From contig OZ024743.1 in assembly GCA_964016885.1 (NCBI GenBank), positions 35,402,001 to 35,466,000 on the forward strand: 64,000 nucleotides of DNA, read 5' to 3'. A model generated the notes under the pieces. The model was not told the origin of the DNA. It made no database searches and saw only the letters and a program-made list of their open reading frames with translations. A program made the translations under genes and the position numbers. The DNA is from Eledone cirrhosa. Its lineage: Eukaryota. This document shows positions 1 through 13,105 of this stretch, in pieces; position 1 is the stretch's first letter, and each line of letters starts with the position of its first letter.

Positions 1-3000
1 ACACCATTCTACATCACACCATGCTTTTGATCTCAGTGTGAAAAATTTTCTTCCTGTTTCTTTTTTTTTCTTTTGTGTGTGTGCTTACCACCCAATCTGA
101 TATCAAAGGTGCTCACAAATGACTATTTTTTTTACACATTATCAATGTATATAACATGGAAACCTATCATTTGCAATAGGTTCCCATGTCATAACTACAA
201 CATAACAAACTACACCATTCTACATCACACCATGCTTTTGATCTCAGTGTGAAAAATTTTCTTCCTGTTTCTTTTTTTTTCTTTTGTGTGTGTTCTTACC
301 ACCCAATCTGACATCAAAGGTGCTGCAATTGACTATTTTTCGCACATATCAATAATTATGACATGGAAAACTGTTGAAAATGACTAGCTTTGTAGAAAAA
401 AGAGGTAGGATGAGGGTGGAAATACCATTTAGAAAGCTAGTCATTTTTTATTGCAGCGGAAGTCATATTTTTTGTTAATATGCTAAAAGCATAGTCCACT
501 GCGAGCATCTTGGAAGTTGATAGCACATGCAAAAATGAATGAAAAATTTTTTTTCTAACATAAATCAAAGTGGAAATTTAAATCCTCACTTATAACAAAG
601 CACACCACAGCACATTAATCTACCCCAATCCACACCATAACCATACTTCACTATATGGTAAATTTATTACAGAACACCTACTCCTAGCATTTACATCACA
701 CCATGGTATGGACATCAATGTGACAAATTTGCTACCTGCTTTTTTTTTTTTTTGTGGTTACCACCTCAAACTAACATCAAAGGTACTTGCAAATGACTAT
801 TTTCCCACACATTATCAATGAATATGACATGGGGATCTATCGTTTACAATTGGTTTCCATTTCATAACTTCACCAAACCACACCATACCAAGTTACACCA
901 AGCTATTGATCTTGGTGTGAAACATTTTCTTCCCGTTTCCTTTTTTTTTCTTTGTGTGTGCTTACCTCCCAATTGACTATTTTTTTTCCACTTATCAATA
1001 ATTATGACATGGAAACCTGTCGAAAAAGACTCTCCTTGTAGAAACTTCACCAAACCACACCATACTACATCACACCAAGCTATTGATTTTGGTGTGACAA
1101 ATTTTCATTTGGCTTTTTTTTTCTTTTTTTTTTTTTTATGTGTGTGCTTACCACCCAATTTGACATAAATGGTGCTCGCAAATTACTATTTTATGCACAT
1201 ATTATCAATGGTTATGACATGGAAACCTAATGAAAATGACTAGCTTTGTAGAAAAAAGAGGGAGGATGAGGGTGGAAATACCATTTACAAAGCTAGTCAT
1301 TTTTTATTGCAGCAGAAGTCATATTTTTTGTTAATATGCTAAAAGCATAGTCCCCTGCGAGCATCTTGGAAGTTGATAGCACATGCAAAAATGAAGGAAA
1401 AATTTCTTTTCTAACATAAATCAAAGTGGAAATTTAAATCCTCACTTATAACAAAGCACACCACAGCACATTAATCTACCCCAATCCACACCATAACCAT
1501 ACTTCACTATATGGTAAATTTATTACAGAACACCTACTCCTAGCATTTACATCACACCATGGTATGGACATCAATGTGACAAATTTGCTACCTGCTTTTT
1601 TTTTTTTTTTTTTTTTCTTTTGTGGTTACCACCTCAAACTAACATCAAAGGTGCTTGCAAATGACTATTTTCCCACACATTATCAATGAATATGACATGG
1701 GGATCTATCGTTTACAATTGGTGTCCATTTCATAACTTCACCAAACCACACCATACCAAGTTACACCATACTACATCGCACCAAGCTATTGATCTTGGTG
1801 TAAAACATTTTCTTCCCGTTTCCTTTTTTTTGTGTGTGTGCTTACCACCCAATCTGACATTAAAGGTGCTCCCAATTAACTATTTTTTTTTTTCACTTAT
1901 CAATAATTATGACATGGAAACCTGTCGAAAATGACTAGCTTTGTAGAAAAAAGAGGGAGGATGAGGGTGGAAATACCATTTACAAAGCTAGTCATTTTTT
2001 ATTGCAGCAGAAGTCATATTTTTTGTTAATATGCTAAAAGCATAGTTCACTGCGAGCATCTTGGAAGTTGATAGCACATGCAAAAATGAAGGAAACATTT
2101 TTTTTCTAACATAAATCAAAGTGGAAATTTAAATCCTCACTTATAACAAAGCACACCACAAGACATTAATCTACCCCAATTCACCATAACCATACTTCAC
2201 TATATGGTAAATTTATTACAGAACACCTACTCCTACCATTTACATCACACCAATTGTATGGACATCAATGTAACAAATTTGCTACCTGCTTTTTTTTTTT
2301 TTTGTGGTTACCACCTCAAACTAACATCAAAGGTGCTTGCAAATGACTATTTTCCCACACATTATCAATGAATATGACATGGGGGATCTATCGTTTACAA
2401 TTGGTTTCCATTTCATAACTTCACCAAACCAAACTACACGATACTACATCACACCATGCTATTAATCTCAGTGAGAACATTTTTCTTCCTGTTTTTTTTT
2501 TTTGTGTGTGTGCTTACCACCCAATCTGATATCAAAGGTGCTCACAAATGACTATTTTTTTTACACATTATCAATGTATATAACATGGAAACCTATCATT
2601 TGCAATAGGTTCCCATGTCATAACTACAACATAACAAACTACACCATTCTACATCACACCATGCTTTTGATCTGTGTGAAAAATTTTCTTCCTGTTTCTT
2701 TTTTTTTCTTTTGTGTGTGTTCTTACCACCCAATCTGACATCAAAGGTGCTGCAATTGACTATTTTTCGCACATATCAATAATTATGACATGGAAAACTG
2801 TTGAAAATGACTAGCTTTGTAGAAAAAAGAGGTAGGATGAGGGTGGAAATACCATTTAGAAAGCTAGTCATTTTTTATTGCAGCGGAAGTCATATTTTTT
2901 GTTAATATGCTAAAAGCATAGTCCACTGCGAGCATCTTGGAAGTTGATAGGACATGCAAAAATGAAGGAAAAATTTTTTTTCTAACATAAATCAAAGTGG

Positions 3001-4736
3001 AAATTTAAATCCTCACTTATAACAAAGCACACCACAGCACATTAATCTACCCCAATCCACACCATAACCATACTTCACTATATGGTAAATTTATTACAGA
3101 ACACCTACTCCTAGCATTTACATCACACCATGGTATGGACATCAATGTGACAAATTTGCTCCCTGCTTTTTTTTTTTTTTTTTTTTTTTTTTTGTGGTTA
3201 CCACCTCAAACTAACATCAAAGGTGCTTGCAAATGACTATTTTCCCACACATTATCAATGAATATGACATGGGGATCTATCGTTTACAATTGGTGTCCAT
3301 TTCATAACTTCACCAAACCACACCATACCAAGTTACACCATACTACATCGCACCAAGCTATTGATCTTGGTGTAAAACATTTTCTTCCCGTTTCCTTTTT
3401 TTTGTGTGTGTGCTTACCACCCAATCTGACATTAAAGGTGCTCCCAATTAACTATTTTTTTTTTCACTTATCAATAATTATGACATGGAAACCTGTCGAA
3501 AATGACTAGCTTTGTAGAAAAAAGAGGGAGGATGAGGGTGGAAATACCATTTACAAAGCTAGTCATTTTTTATTGCAGCAGAAGTCATATTTTTTGTTAA
3601 TATGCTAAAAGCATAGTCCACTGCGAGCATCTTGGAAGTTGATAGCACATGCAAAAATGAAGGAAACATTTTTTTTCTAACATAAATCAAAGTGGAAATT
3701 TAAATCCTCACTTATAACAAAGCACACCACAAGACATTAATCTACCCCAATTCACCATAACCATACTTCACTATATGGTAAATTTATTACAGAACACCTA
3801 CTCCTACCATTTACATCACACCGATTGTATGGACATCAATGTAACAAATTTGCTACCTGCTTTTTTTTTTTTTTGTGGTTACCACCTCAAACTAACATCA
3901 AAGGTGCTTGCAAATGACTATTTTCCCACACATTATCAATGAATATGACATGGGGGATCTATCGTTTACAATTGGTTTCCATTTCATAACTTCACCAAAC
4001 CAAACTACACGATACTACATCACACCATGCTATTAATCTCAGTGAGAACATTTTTCTTCCTGTTTTTTTTTTTTGTGTGTGTGCTTACCACCCAATCTGA
4101 TATCAAAGGTGCTCACAAATGACTATTTTTTTTACACATTATCAATGTATATAACATGGAAACCTATCATTTGCAATAGGTTCCCATGTCATAACTACAA
4201 CATAACAAACTACACCATTCTACATCACACCATGCTTTTGATCTGTGTGAAAAATTTTCTTCCTGTTTCTTTTTTTTTCTTTTGTGTGTGTTCTTACCAC
4301 CCAATCTGACATCAAAGGTGCTGCAATTGACTATTTTTCGCACATATCAATAATTATGACATGGAAAACTGTTGAAAATGACTATCTTTGTAGAAAAAAG
4401 AGGTAGGATGAGGGTGGAAATATCATTTAGAAAGCTAGTCATTTTTTATTGCAGCGGAAGTCATATTTTTTGTTAATATGCTAAAAGCATAGTCCACTGC
4501 GAGCATCTTGGAAGTTGATAGCACATGCAAAAATGAAGGAAAAATTTTTTTTCTAACATAAATCAAAGTGGAAATTTAAATCCTCACTTATAACAAAGCA
4601 CACCACAGCACATTAATCTACCCCAATCCACACCATAACCATACTTCACTATATGGTAAATTTATTACAGAACACCTACTCCTAGCATTTACATCACACC
4701 ATGGTATGGACATCAATGTGACAAATTAGCTACCTG

Positions 4737-4774
<38 letters not shown>

Positions 4775-7700
4775 TGGTTACCACCTCAAACTAACATCAA
4801 AGGTACTTGCAAATGACTATTTTCCCACACATTATCAATGAATATGACATGGGGATCTATCGTTTACAATTGGTTTCCATTTCATAACTTCACCAAACCA
4901 CACCATACCAAGTTACACCAAGCTATTGATCTTGGTGTGAAACATTTTCTTCCCGTTTCCTTTTTTTTTCTTTGTGTGCTTACCTCCCAATTGACTATTT
5001 TTTTTCCACTTATCAATAATTATGACATGGAAACCTGTCGAAAAAGACTCTCCTTGTAGAAACTTCACCAAACCACACCATACTACATCACACCAAGCTA
5101 TTGATTTTGGTGTGACAAATTTTCATCTGGCTTTTTTTTTTTTTTTTTTTTTTTTTTTGTGTGTGCTTACCACCCAATTTGACATAAATGGTGCTCGCAA
5201 ATTACTATTTTATGCACATATTATCAATGGTTATGACATGGAAACCTAATGAAAATGACTAGCTTTGTAGAAAAAAGAGGGAGGATGAGGGTGGAAATAC
5301 CATTTACAAAGCTAGTCATTTTTTATTGCAGTAGAAGTCATATTTTTTGTTAATATGCTAAAAGCATAGTCCCCTGCGAGCATCTTGGAAGTTGATAGCA
5401 CATGCAAAAATGAAGGAAAAATTTCTTTTCTAACATAAATCAAAGTGGAAATTTAAATCCTCACTTATAACAAAGCACACCACAGCACATTAATCTACCC
5501 CAATCCACACCATAACCATACTTCACTATATGGTAAATTTATTACAGAACACCTACTCCTAGCATTTACATCACACCATGGTATGGACATCAATGTGACA
5601 AATTTGCTCCCTGCTTTTTTTTTTTTTTTTTTTTTTTTTGTGGTTACCACCTCAAACTAACATCAAAGGTGCTTGCAAATGACTATTTTCCCACACATTA
5701 TCAATGAATATGACATGGGGATCTATCGTTTACAATTGGTGTCCATTTCATAACTTCACCAAACCACACCATACCAAGTTACACCATACTACATCGCACC
5801 AAGCTATTGATCTTGGTGTAAAACATTTTCTTCCCGTTTCCTTTTTTTTGTGTGTGTGCTTACCACCCAATCTGACATTAAAGGTGCTCCCAATTAACTA
5901 TTTTTTTTTTCACTTATCAATAATTATGACATGGAAACCTGTCGAAAATGACTAGCTTTGTAGAAAAAAGAGGGAGGATGAGGGTGGAAAAACCATTTAC
6001 AAAGCTAGTCATTTTTTATTGCAGCAGAAGTCATATTTTTTGTTAATATGCTAAAAGCATAGTCCACTGCGAGCATCTTGGAAGTTGATAGCACATGCAA
6101 AAATGAAGGAAACATTTTTTTTCTAACATAAATCAAAGTGGAAATTTAAATCCTCACTTATAACAAAGCACACCACAAGACATTAATCTACCCCAATTCG
6201 CCATAACCATACTTCACTATATGGTAAATTTATTACGGAACACCTACTCCTACCATTTACATCACACCAATTGTATGGACATCAATGTAACAAATTTGCT
6301 ACCTGCTTTTTTTTTTTTTTTGTGGTTACCACCTCAAACTAACATCAAAGGTGCTTGCAAATGACTATTTTCCCACACATTATCAATGAATATGACATGG
6401 GGGTTCTATCGTTTACAATTGGTTTCCATTTCATAACTTCACCAAACCAAACTACACAATACTACATCACACCATGCTATTAATCTCAGTGAGAACATTT
6501 TTCTTCCTGTTTTTTTTTTTTGTGTGTGTGCTTACCACCCAATCTGATATCAAAGGTGCTCACAAATGACTATTTTTTTTACACATTATCAATGTATATA
6601 ACATGGAAACCTATCATTTGCAATAGGTTCCCATGTCATAACTACAACATAACAAACTACACCATTCTACATCACACCATGCTTTTGATCTCAGTGTGAA
6701 AAATTTTCTTCCTGTTTCTTTTTTTTTCTTTTGTGTGTGTTTTTACCACCCAATCTGACATCAAAGGTGCTGCAATTGACTATTTTTCGCACATATCAAT
6801 AATTATGACATGGAAAACTGTTGAAAATGACTAGCTTTGTAGAAAAAAGAGGGAGGATGTGGGTGGAAATACCATTTAGAAAGCTAGTCATTTTTTATTG
6901 CAGCGGAAGTCATATTTTTTGTTAATATGCTAAAAGCATAGTCCACTGCGAGCATCTTGGAAGTTGATAGCACATGCAAAAATGAATGAAAAATTTTTTT
7001 TCTAACATAAATCAAAGTGGAAATTTAAATCCTCACTTATAACAAAGCACACCACAGCACATTATTCTACCCCAATCCACACCATAACCATACTTCACTA
7101 TATGGTAAATTTATTACAGAACACCTACTCCTAGCATTTACATCACACCATGGTATGGACATCAATGTGACAAATTTGCTACCTGCTTTTTTTTTTTTTT
7201 TTTTTTCTTTTGTGGTTACCACCTCAAACTAACATCAAAGGTGCTTGCAAATGACACATTATCAATGAATATGACATGGGGATCTATCGTTTACAATTGG
7301 TGTCCATTTCATAACTTCACCAAACCACACCATACCAAGTTACACCATACTACATCGCACCAAGCTATTGATCTTGGTGTAAAACATTTTCTTCCCGTTT
7401 CCTTTTTTTTGTGTGTGTGCTTACCACCCAATCTGACATTAAAGGTGCTCCCAATTAACTATTTTTTTTTTCACTTATCAATAATTATGACATGGAAACC
7501 TGTCGAAAATGACTAGCTTTGTAGAAAAAAGAGGGAGGATGAGGGTGGAAATACCATTTACAAAGCTAGTCATTTTTTATTGCAGCAGAAGTCATATTTT
7601 TTGTTAATATGCTAAAAGCATAGTCCACTGCGAGCATCTTGGAAGTTGATAGCACATGCAAAAATGAAGGAAAAATTTTTTTTCTAACATAAATCAAAGT

Positions 7701-8945
7701 GGAAATTTAAATCCTCACTTATAACAAAGCACACCACAGCACATTAATCTACCCCCAATCCACACCATAAATTCACCATAACCATACTTCATTATATGGT
7801 AAATTTATTACAGAACACCTACTCCTACCATTTACATCACACCATGGTATGGACATCAATGTAACAAATTTGCTACATTTTAAAAATTTTTTTTTTTTTG
7901 TGGTTACCACCTCAAACTAACATCAAAGGTGCTTGCAAATGACTATTTTTCCCACACATTATCAATGAATATGACATGGGGGATCTATCGTTTACAATTG
8001 GTTTCCATTTCATAACTTCACCATACCAAGTTACACCATACTACATCACACCAAGCTATTGATCTTGGTGTGAAACATTTTCTTCCTGTTTCCTTTTTTT
8101 TCTTTGTGTGTGCTTACCACCCAATCTGACATTTAAGGTGCTCCCAATTGACTATTTTTTTTCCACTTATCAATAATTATGACATGGAAACCTGTCGAAA
8201 ATGACTATCTTTGTAGAAACTTCACCATACTACACCACACCAAGCTATTGATTTTGGTGTGACAAATTTTCACCTGGCATTTTTTTTTTTTTTTGTGTGT
8301 GTGCTTACCACCCAATTTGACATAAATGGTGCTCACAAATTACTATTTTATGCACATATTATCAATGGTTATGACATGGAAACCTAATGAAAATGACTAG
8401 CTTTGTAGAAAAAAGAGGGAGGATGTGGGTGAAAATACCATTTACAAAGCTCATTTTTTATTGCAGCGGAAATCATATTTTTTGTTAATATGCTAAAAGT
8501 ATAGTCCACTGCAAGCATCTTGGAAGTTGATAGCACATGCAAAAATGAAGGAAAAATTTCTTTTCTAACATAAATCAAAGTGGAAATTTAAATCCTCACT
8601 TATAACAAAGCACACCACATTAATCTACCCCAAACCCCACCATAAATTCACCATAACCATACTTCATTATATGGTAAATTTATTACAGAACATCTACTCC
8701 TACCATTTACATCACACCAATTCTCGCAGTTGACTATTTTTTTCACATATTATGAATGAATATAACTTTGAAACCTATCGTCAATGATTAGCTTTGTAGA
8801 AAAATCAAGGCAGAAAGTGGGTGGAAAAACCATTCACAAAGCTAGTCATTTTTAATTGCAGTGGAAATCATATTTGTTGTTAATATGCTAAAAAAATAGT
8901 CAATTGCAAGCATTTTGGAGGTTGGATTAATTGATAGGACATAAA
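1..8945. repeat. Complex tandem satellite (monomers of ~690 and ~875 bp, built from a core plus 2-3 ~175-bp subrepeats), truncated by the window start
   Basis: The anchor gactagctttgtagaaaaaagag recurs at about 382, 1238, 1934, 2809, 3505, 4380, 5257, 5950, 6829, 7511 and 8395, with a degenerate copy near 8787. Copies are near-identical apart from poly-T length. Confidence 0.95.
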
Positions 8946-8964
8946 AAAACAAAGGAAAACAAAT

Positions 8965-9073
8965 ATTGTCTATATGTTCCTGTGGAAAGTCGGGTCTTCT
9001 GTATTACTGTGTGACGCCAGAGGTCAGTCGTGTGTCATTGCCCTTGAGAGGTGCAATTGGGAAAGGTCGGCTT
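8965..9073 (-). mobile_element. Short 3' fragment of RTE family A, bounding the satellite
   Basis: Reverse complement resembles ~12620-12740 (end of ORF and start of 3'UTR of the RTE copy). Confidence 0.7.
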
Positions 9074-9074
9074 A

Positions 9075-9640
9075 GAAATATTTACTTCTGCGTTCACAGA
9101 TTGATTTTTTTTTTAGTTTCAGAAGATCCCATTAAGGGTGAAAGCAGCCGATTCTTTGCTTAAACTTTAATCTGTTATTTTAATAAATATTTACTCTACG
9201 GTTCTTATATATTTGATATATATTTATCCTTATCGAGCCCTCTTTGGATGTTAGTCTTCAAATTTATATTATTACTATTTGGCTCCCTTGATTGAGTACT
9301 CTATTGACTTATATTCATCATGCAGAAACATCTGAATATTTCTACAAAGAACATACCCGTACCAAGCAGGAAGAAATACCTAAAACTACGTTTCCACGAA
9401 CCAAAGTATCGTCTTCCTTTGGTTGCAATGTTTTTCGAAATATTTACTTATGCGTTCACAGATTGATTGATTTTTTTTTTTTTTTTTTTTTTTTTAGTTT
9501 CAGAAGATCCCATTCTTTGCTTAAACTTTAATCTGTTATTTTAATAAATATTTGCTCTATGGTTCTTATGTAATTGATATATATTTATCCCTATCGAGCC
9601 CTCTTTGGATTTTAGTCTTCATATGTATTATTATTACTAT
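9075..9640 (+). repeat. Partial tandem duplication (~185-bp direct repeats, period ~363 bp) ending in (TA)n
   Basis: gaaatatttactt...ttagtcttca occurs at ~9075-9260 and ~9438-9620. Confidence 0.75.
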
Positions 9641-9744
9641 ATATATATATATAATAGATGAAATGAATATGAATCCGCTAGCTACCAAGCACCCATGTGA
9701 AGCGCCAATCCAGAGAGAGTAAGCACACACACACACCCCCTGCA

Positions 9745-12700
9745 AAAATCGACCCTTCCCTATGAGTGTCGACAAATGCCCAAAACTCTGAGTTGGTACC
9801 ATCAATGAAAGGAAAAGCAGGAGAAATCGTAGAAATGCTAGAGCGAAAGGAAATTGATGTATGCTGTGTGCAAGAGACTAGATGCAGAGGAGAGTCTGCT
9901 AGAGTCCTTGTAGGAAAAAGTCGGAGCTACAAATTTTTCTGGGTGGGAAATGACGATGGGATGGGTATACTACTAGCTGACAAGTGGGTAGTAATCTCAG
10001 TGTACAGGGTAAATGCAAGAATCATTAAACTGAGACTAGTCCTGAATAAAACAATTACCACAATAATATCAGCTTATGCATCGGGGTTGCCAGACGAACT
10101 TAAGGATAGATTTTACGAGTCCCTAATGCACACTACTGCTCTAACAAACGACAATGACTTCCTAATCATCGCAGGAGATTTTAACGGACATGTAGGTAAA
10201 CACTGACGGCTTCAATGGAGGCCATGGGATTGGCACAAGAAATGAAGGATTCAGACTTCTAGAATTCTGCGACGCCAATGACATGTCGATATGTAACACA
10301 AACTTTAAAAAACCCGACAACCACCTGATCACCTATAGATCAGGGGAGCACTCTAGACAGATAGATTTTATCCTCATCAGAGGACGTGACAGATGGACGG
10401 TCGTAAACACAAAAGCCTTCCCTTGTGAGGAATGTACATCCCAACATAACTTAGTTGTCAGCGACCTCACAGTCAGAACCAGACGAACCTGGAAACAGGC
10501 CAACCTGGAGAAGAAAGACCTCAACCAGTAACAGATTTAAAGATATTTTACTCAACGCCGACGACAGTAAAGAAGAACAGATAGAGACATTCAATGTAGA
10601 AGAGAACTGGAAGTTCTTAAAAAATAACTTACTAGAGGCGACGGATGAGGTCTGTGGCTGGAGTAAGACCACAAGCAGGAGGAGAGTGACTTGGTGGTGG
10701 AACAATAAGGTAGATGAGGCAGTTAAGGCCAAGAGACAGGCATGGAAAGAACGGAGGGAGCAAGGTACATTACATAGAGAGCAAGAGGGAAGCGAGGCGA
10801 CGAGTATACTTAGCTAGGAGGGAAGCAGAGGATAGAAAATTCAAGCATGTTTTGCAACGTGAGGACCAGAAACGGGTGTTCAAGATTGTGAGGCAGTGTG
10901 TCAGAGAGGATTGTGATGTCATTGGAGAGAAGTGTATCCGGAATGATAAAGGTGAGCTTGCCCTCACAAGTGCTGAGAAGAAAGATGCATGGAAGAGTCA
11001 TTATGATAGATTACTAAATGAGGAGAATGCATGGGAAGAAGAGACCCTACCCCAAGTAGACCCTATAGAGGGGCCAGCAGTACCAGTCAGCAGCAACGTA
11101 GTAAGTAAGGCAATCAAAGATATGAAGATGGGGAAGGTAACCGGTCCATCGGGTATAGCTGCCGAGATGCTGAAGGCATCTGGGTCTGTAGGTCACACTA
11201 TAACCACACGTATTGTTAACCAGGTAATACTAGAAGGTGTCATACCAAACGATTGGTGCAGTAGCATCATTGTCAACTGCTACAAAGGTAAAGATGATGC
11301 ACTCGATAGAGGTATAAAGCTGATGGACCAGGTCATGAAAGTAACAGAAAGAGTTATAGCACAGTTGATTAGGGACCGGGTGAAACTAGATGAGATGCAA
11401 TTTGGGTTTGTACCAGGAAGAGGCACCACTGATGCCCTCTTCCTTGTGAGGCAGTTACAGGAAAAGTACCTAGCTAAAAGTAAGCCACTCTACCTGGCAT
11501 TCATCGATCTCGAGAAAACCTTTGATAGAGTTCCATGTGCTGTAATCTGGTGGGCTCTTAGAAAACTAGGAGTAGATGAATGGCTTGTTAAAGCTGTATA
11601 AGCCATGAATAGGGGAGCAGTCAGCAAAGTTAGGATTAGCAATGAGTATAGCGAGGAATTTAGCGTACAGGTTGGGGTCCACCAGGGCTCTGTTCTTAGC
11701 CCTCTCCTGTTCATCATAGTCCTGCAGGCAATAACGGAGGAGTTTAAGACTGGATGCCCATGGGAACTCCTGTATGCTGATGACCTCGCACTTATAGCTG
11801 AATCTATGGTAGAATTAGAGAAGAAATTCCAAACTTGGAAGCAGGGACTAGAAAGAAAGGGTCTCAAAGTCAACATGACAAAGACGAAGGTCCTTCTAAG
11901 TAGACAAGAAAACAACCCAGATCCCCTCAGGGAAATGGCCTTGCTCAGTGTGTAGGTAGGAACTCCATTCTCTGCCCCAAATGCAAACAATGGGTACACA
12001 AGAGATGTAGCGGGATCTCAGGAAGCTTAATTAAGAATGTAGGCTTCACATGCAGCAGCTGTACTGGGACAACAAGCAGCAAACAGCCACAGGAAACAAG
12101 TACCACCAATCTCTGGGAGGGCTCTGTAGAGACAGTAGACAGCTTCTGCTACCTAGGTGACCGAATTAGCAGCGGAGGTGGGTGTTCAGAAAGTACAATA
12201 ACTAGGGTAGGAACAGGATGGAAGAAGTTCAGGGAACTACTACCACTGCCAACTGCAAAAGGCTTCTCCCTCAAAATGAAAGGCAGACTGTATGATGCGT
12301 GTATCCGAACAGCAATGTTACATGGTAGTGAGACCAGGGCGCTGAAGGTGGAAGACTTATGTAGATTAGAAAGAAACGAAGCCTGCATGCTCCGATGGAT
12401 GTGTAATAGTAATATACGCGAACGGCAAAGCATAAATGAATTGAGAGAGAGACTGAGCATAAGAGGAATCAAATGCTGTGTGCAGAAGAGGCGGTTGCGT
12501 TGGTATGGACATGTGATGCATATGAAGGATGACAGCTGCATAAAAAGATGCAGAGCACTAGAAGTCGATGGAAACCGCGGAGTGGTGTGACCCAAGATGA
12601 CCTGGGATGAGGTGATAAAAGCCGACCTTACCGAATTACACCTCTCAAAGGCGATGACACACGACCGTGACCTCTGGCGTCACGCAGTAATACAGAGTAC

Positions 12701-13018
12701 CCGACCTCCCATGGGTACAAGCTGAAGCATATAGACAATATGCCCCCACACCCTTCCACTGCAAGGTGGTCGTGGAGGTGCCACGGCAAAAAAGCACCCA
12801 GCCCACACTGTAAAGTGGACGTGTAGGCGCCACGAAAAAGCACCCAGCACTCACTGTAAATGAGGTTGGTGTTAGGAAGGGCATCCAGCGTAGAAATCAA
12901 GCCAAATAAGTTCCTGTATGAGCAAGGCATGGTCAGCTGACCAGACACTGCCCACAACAGGACAACCCGTCTAACCCATGCTAGCGTGGAAGAACGGACG
13001 TAAAACGGTGATGATGAT
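9745..13018 (+). mobile_element. RTE-clade LINE, family A, near full length, degenerate (AP endonuclease + RT + PHD-like finger; frameshifts and stops)
   Basis: ORF pieces carry CVQETR, AGDFNGHVG, QIDFILIR, FIDLEKTFDRV, GVHQGSVLSP, LYADD and RLRWYGHVM. The 3'UTR ends in (GAT)n. Confidence 0.93.
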
Positions 13019-13063
13019 ATGTGTGTGTGTGTGTGTGTGTATATATTAGTTTATATATATGTG

Positions 13064-13094
<31 letters not shown>

Positions 13095-13105
13095 ACATAC
13101 ATACT

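Noticed and set aside
862-8578. Recurrent 60-90 aa ORFs in the satellite
   Set aside because: Frames vary with poly-T length and show no protein motifs; they are by-products of the repeat.
13019-13105. ATG start making RTE-B look like an intact 848-aa gene
   Set aside because: The N-terminus is translated (TG)/(TA) microsatellite, and most of the endonuclease is missing.
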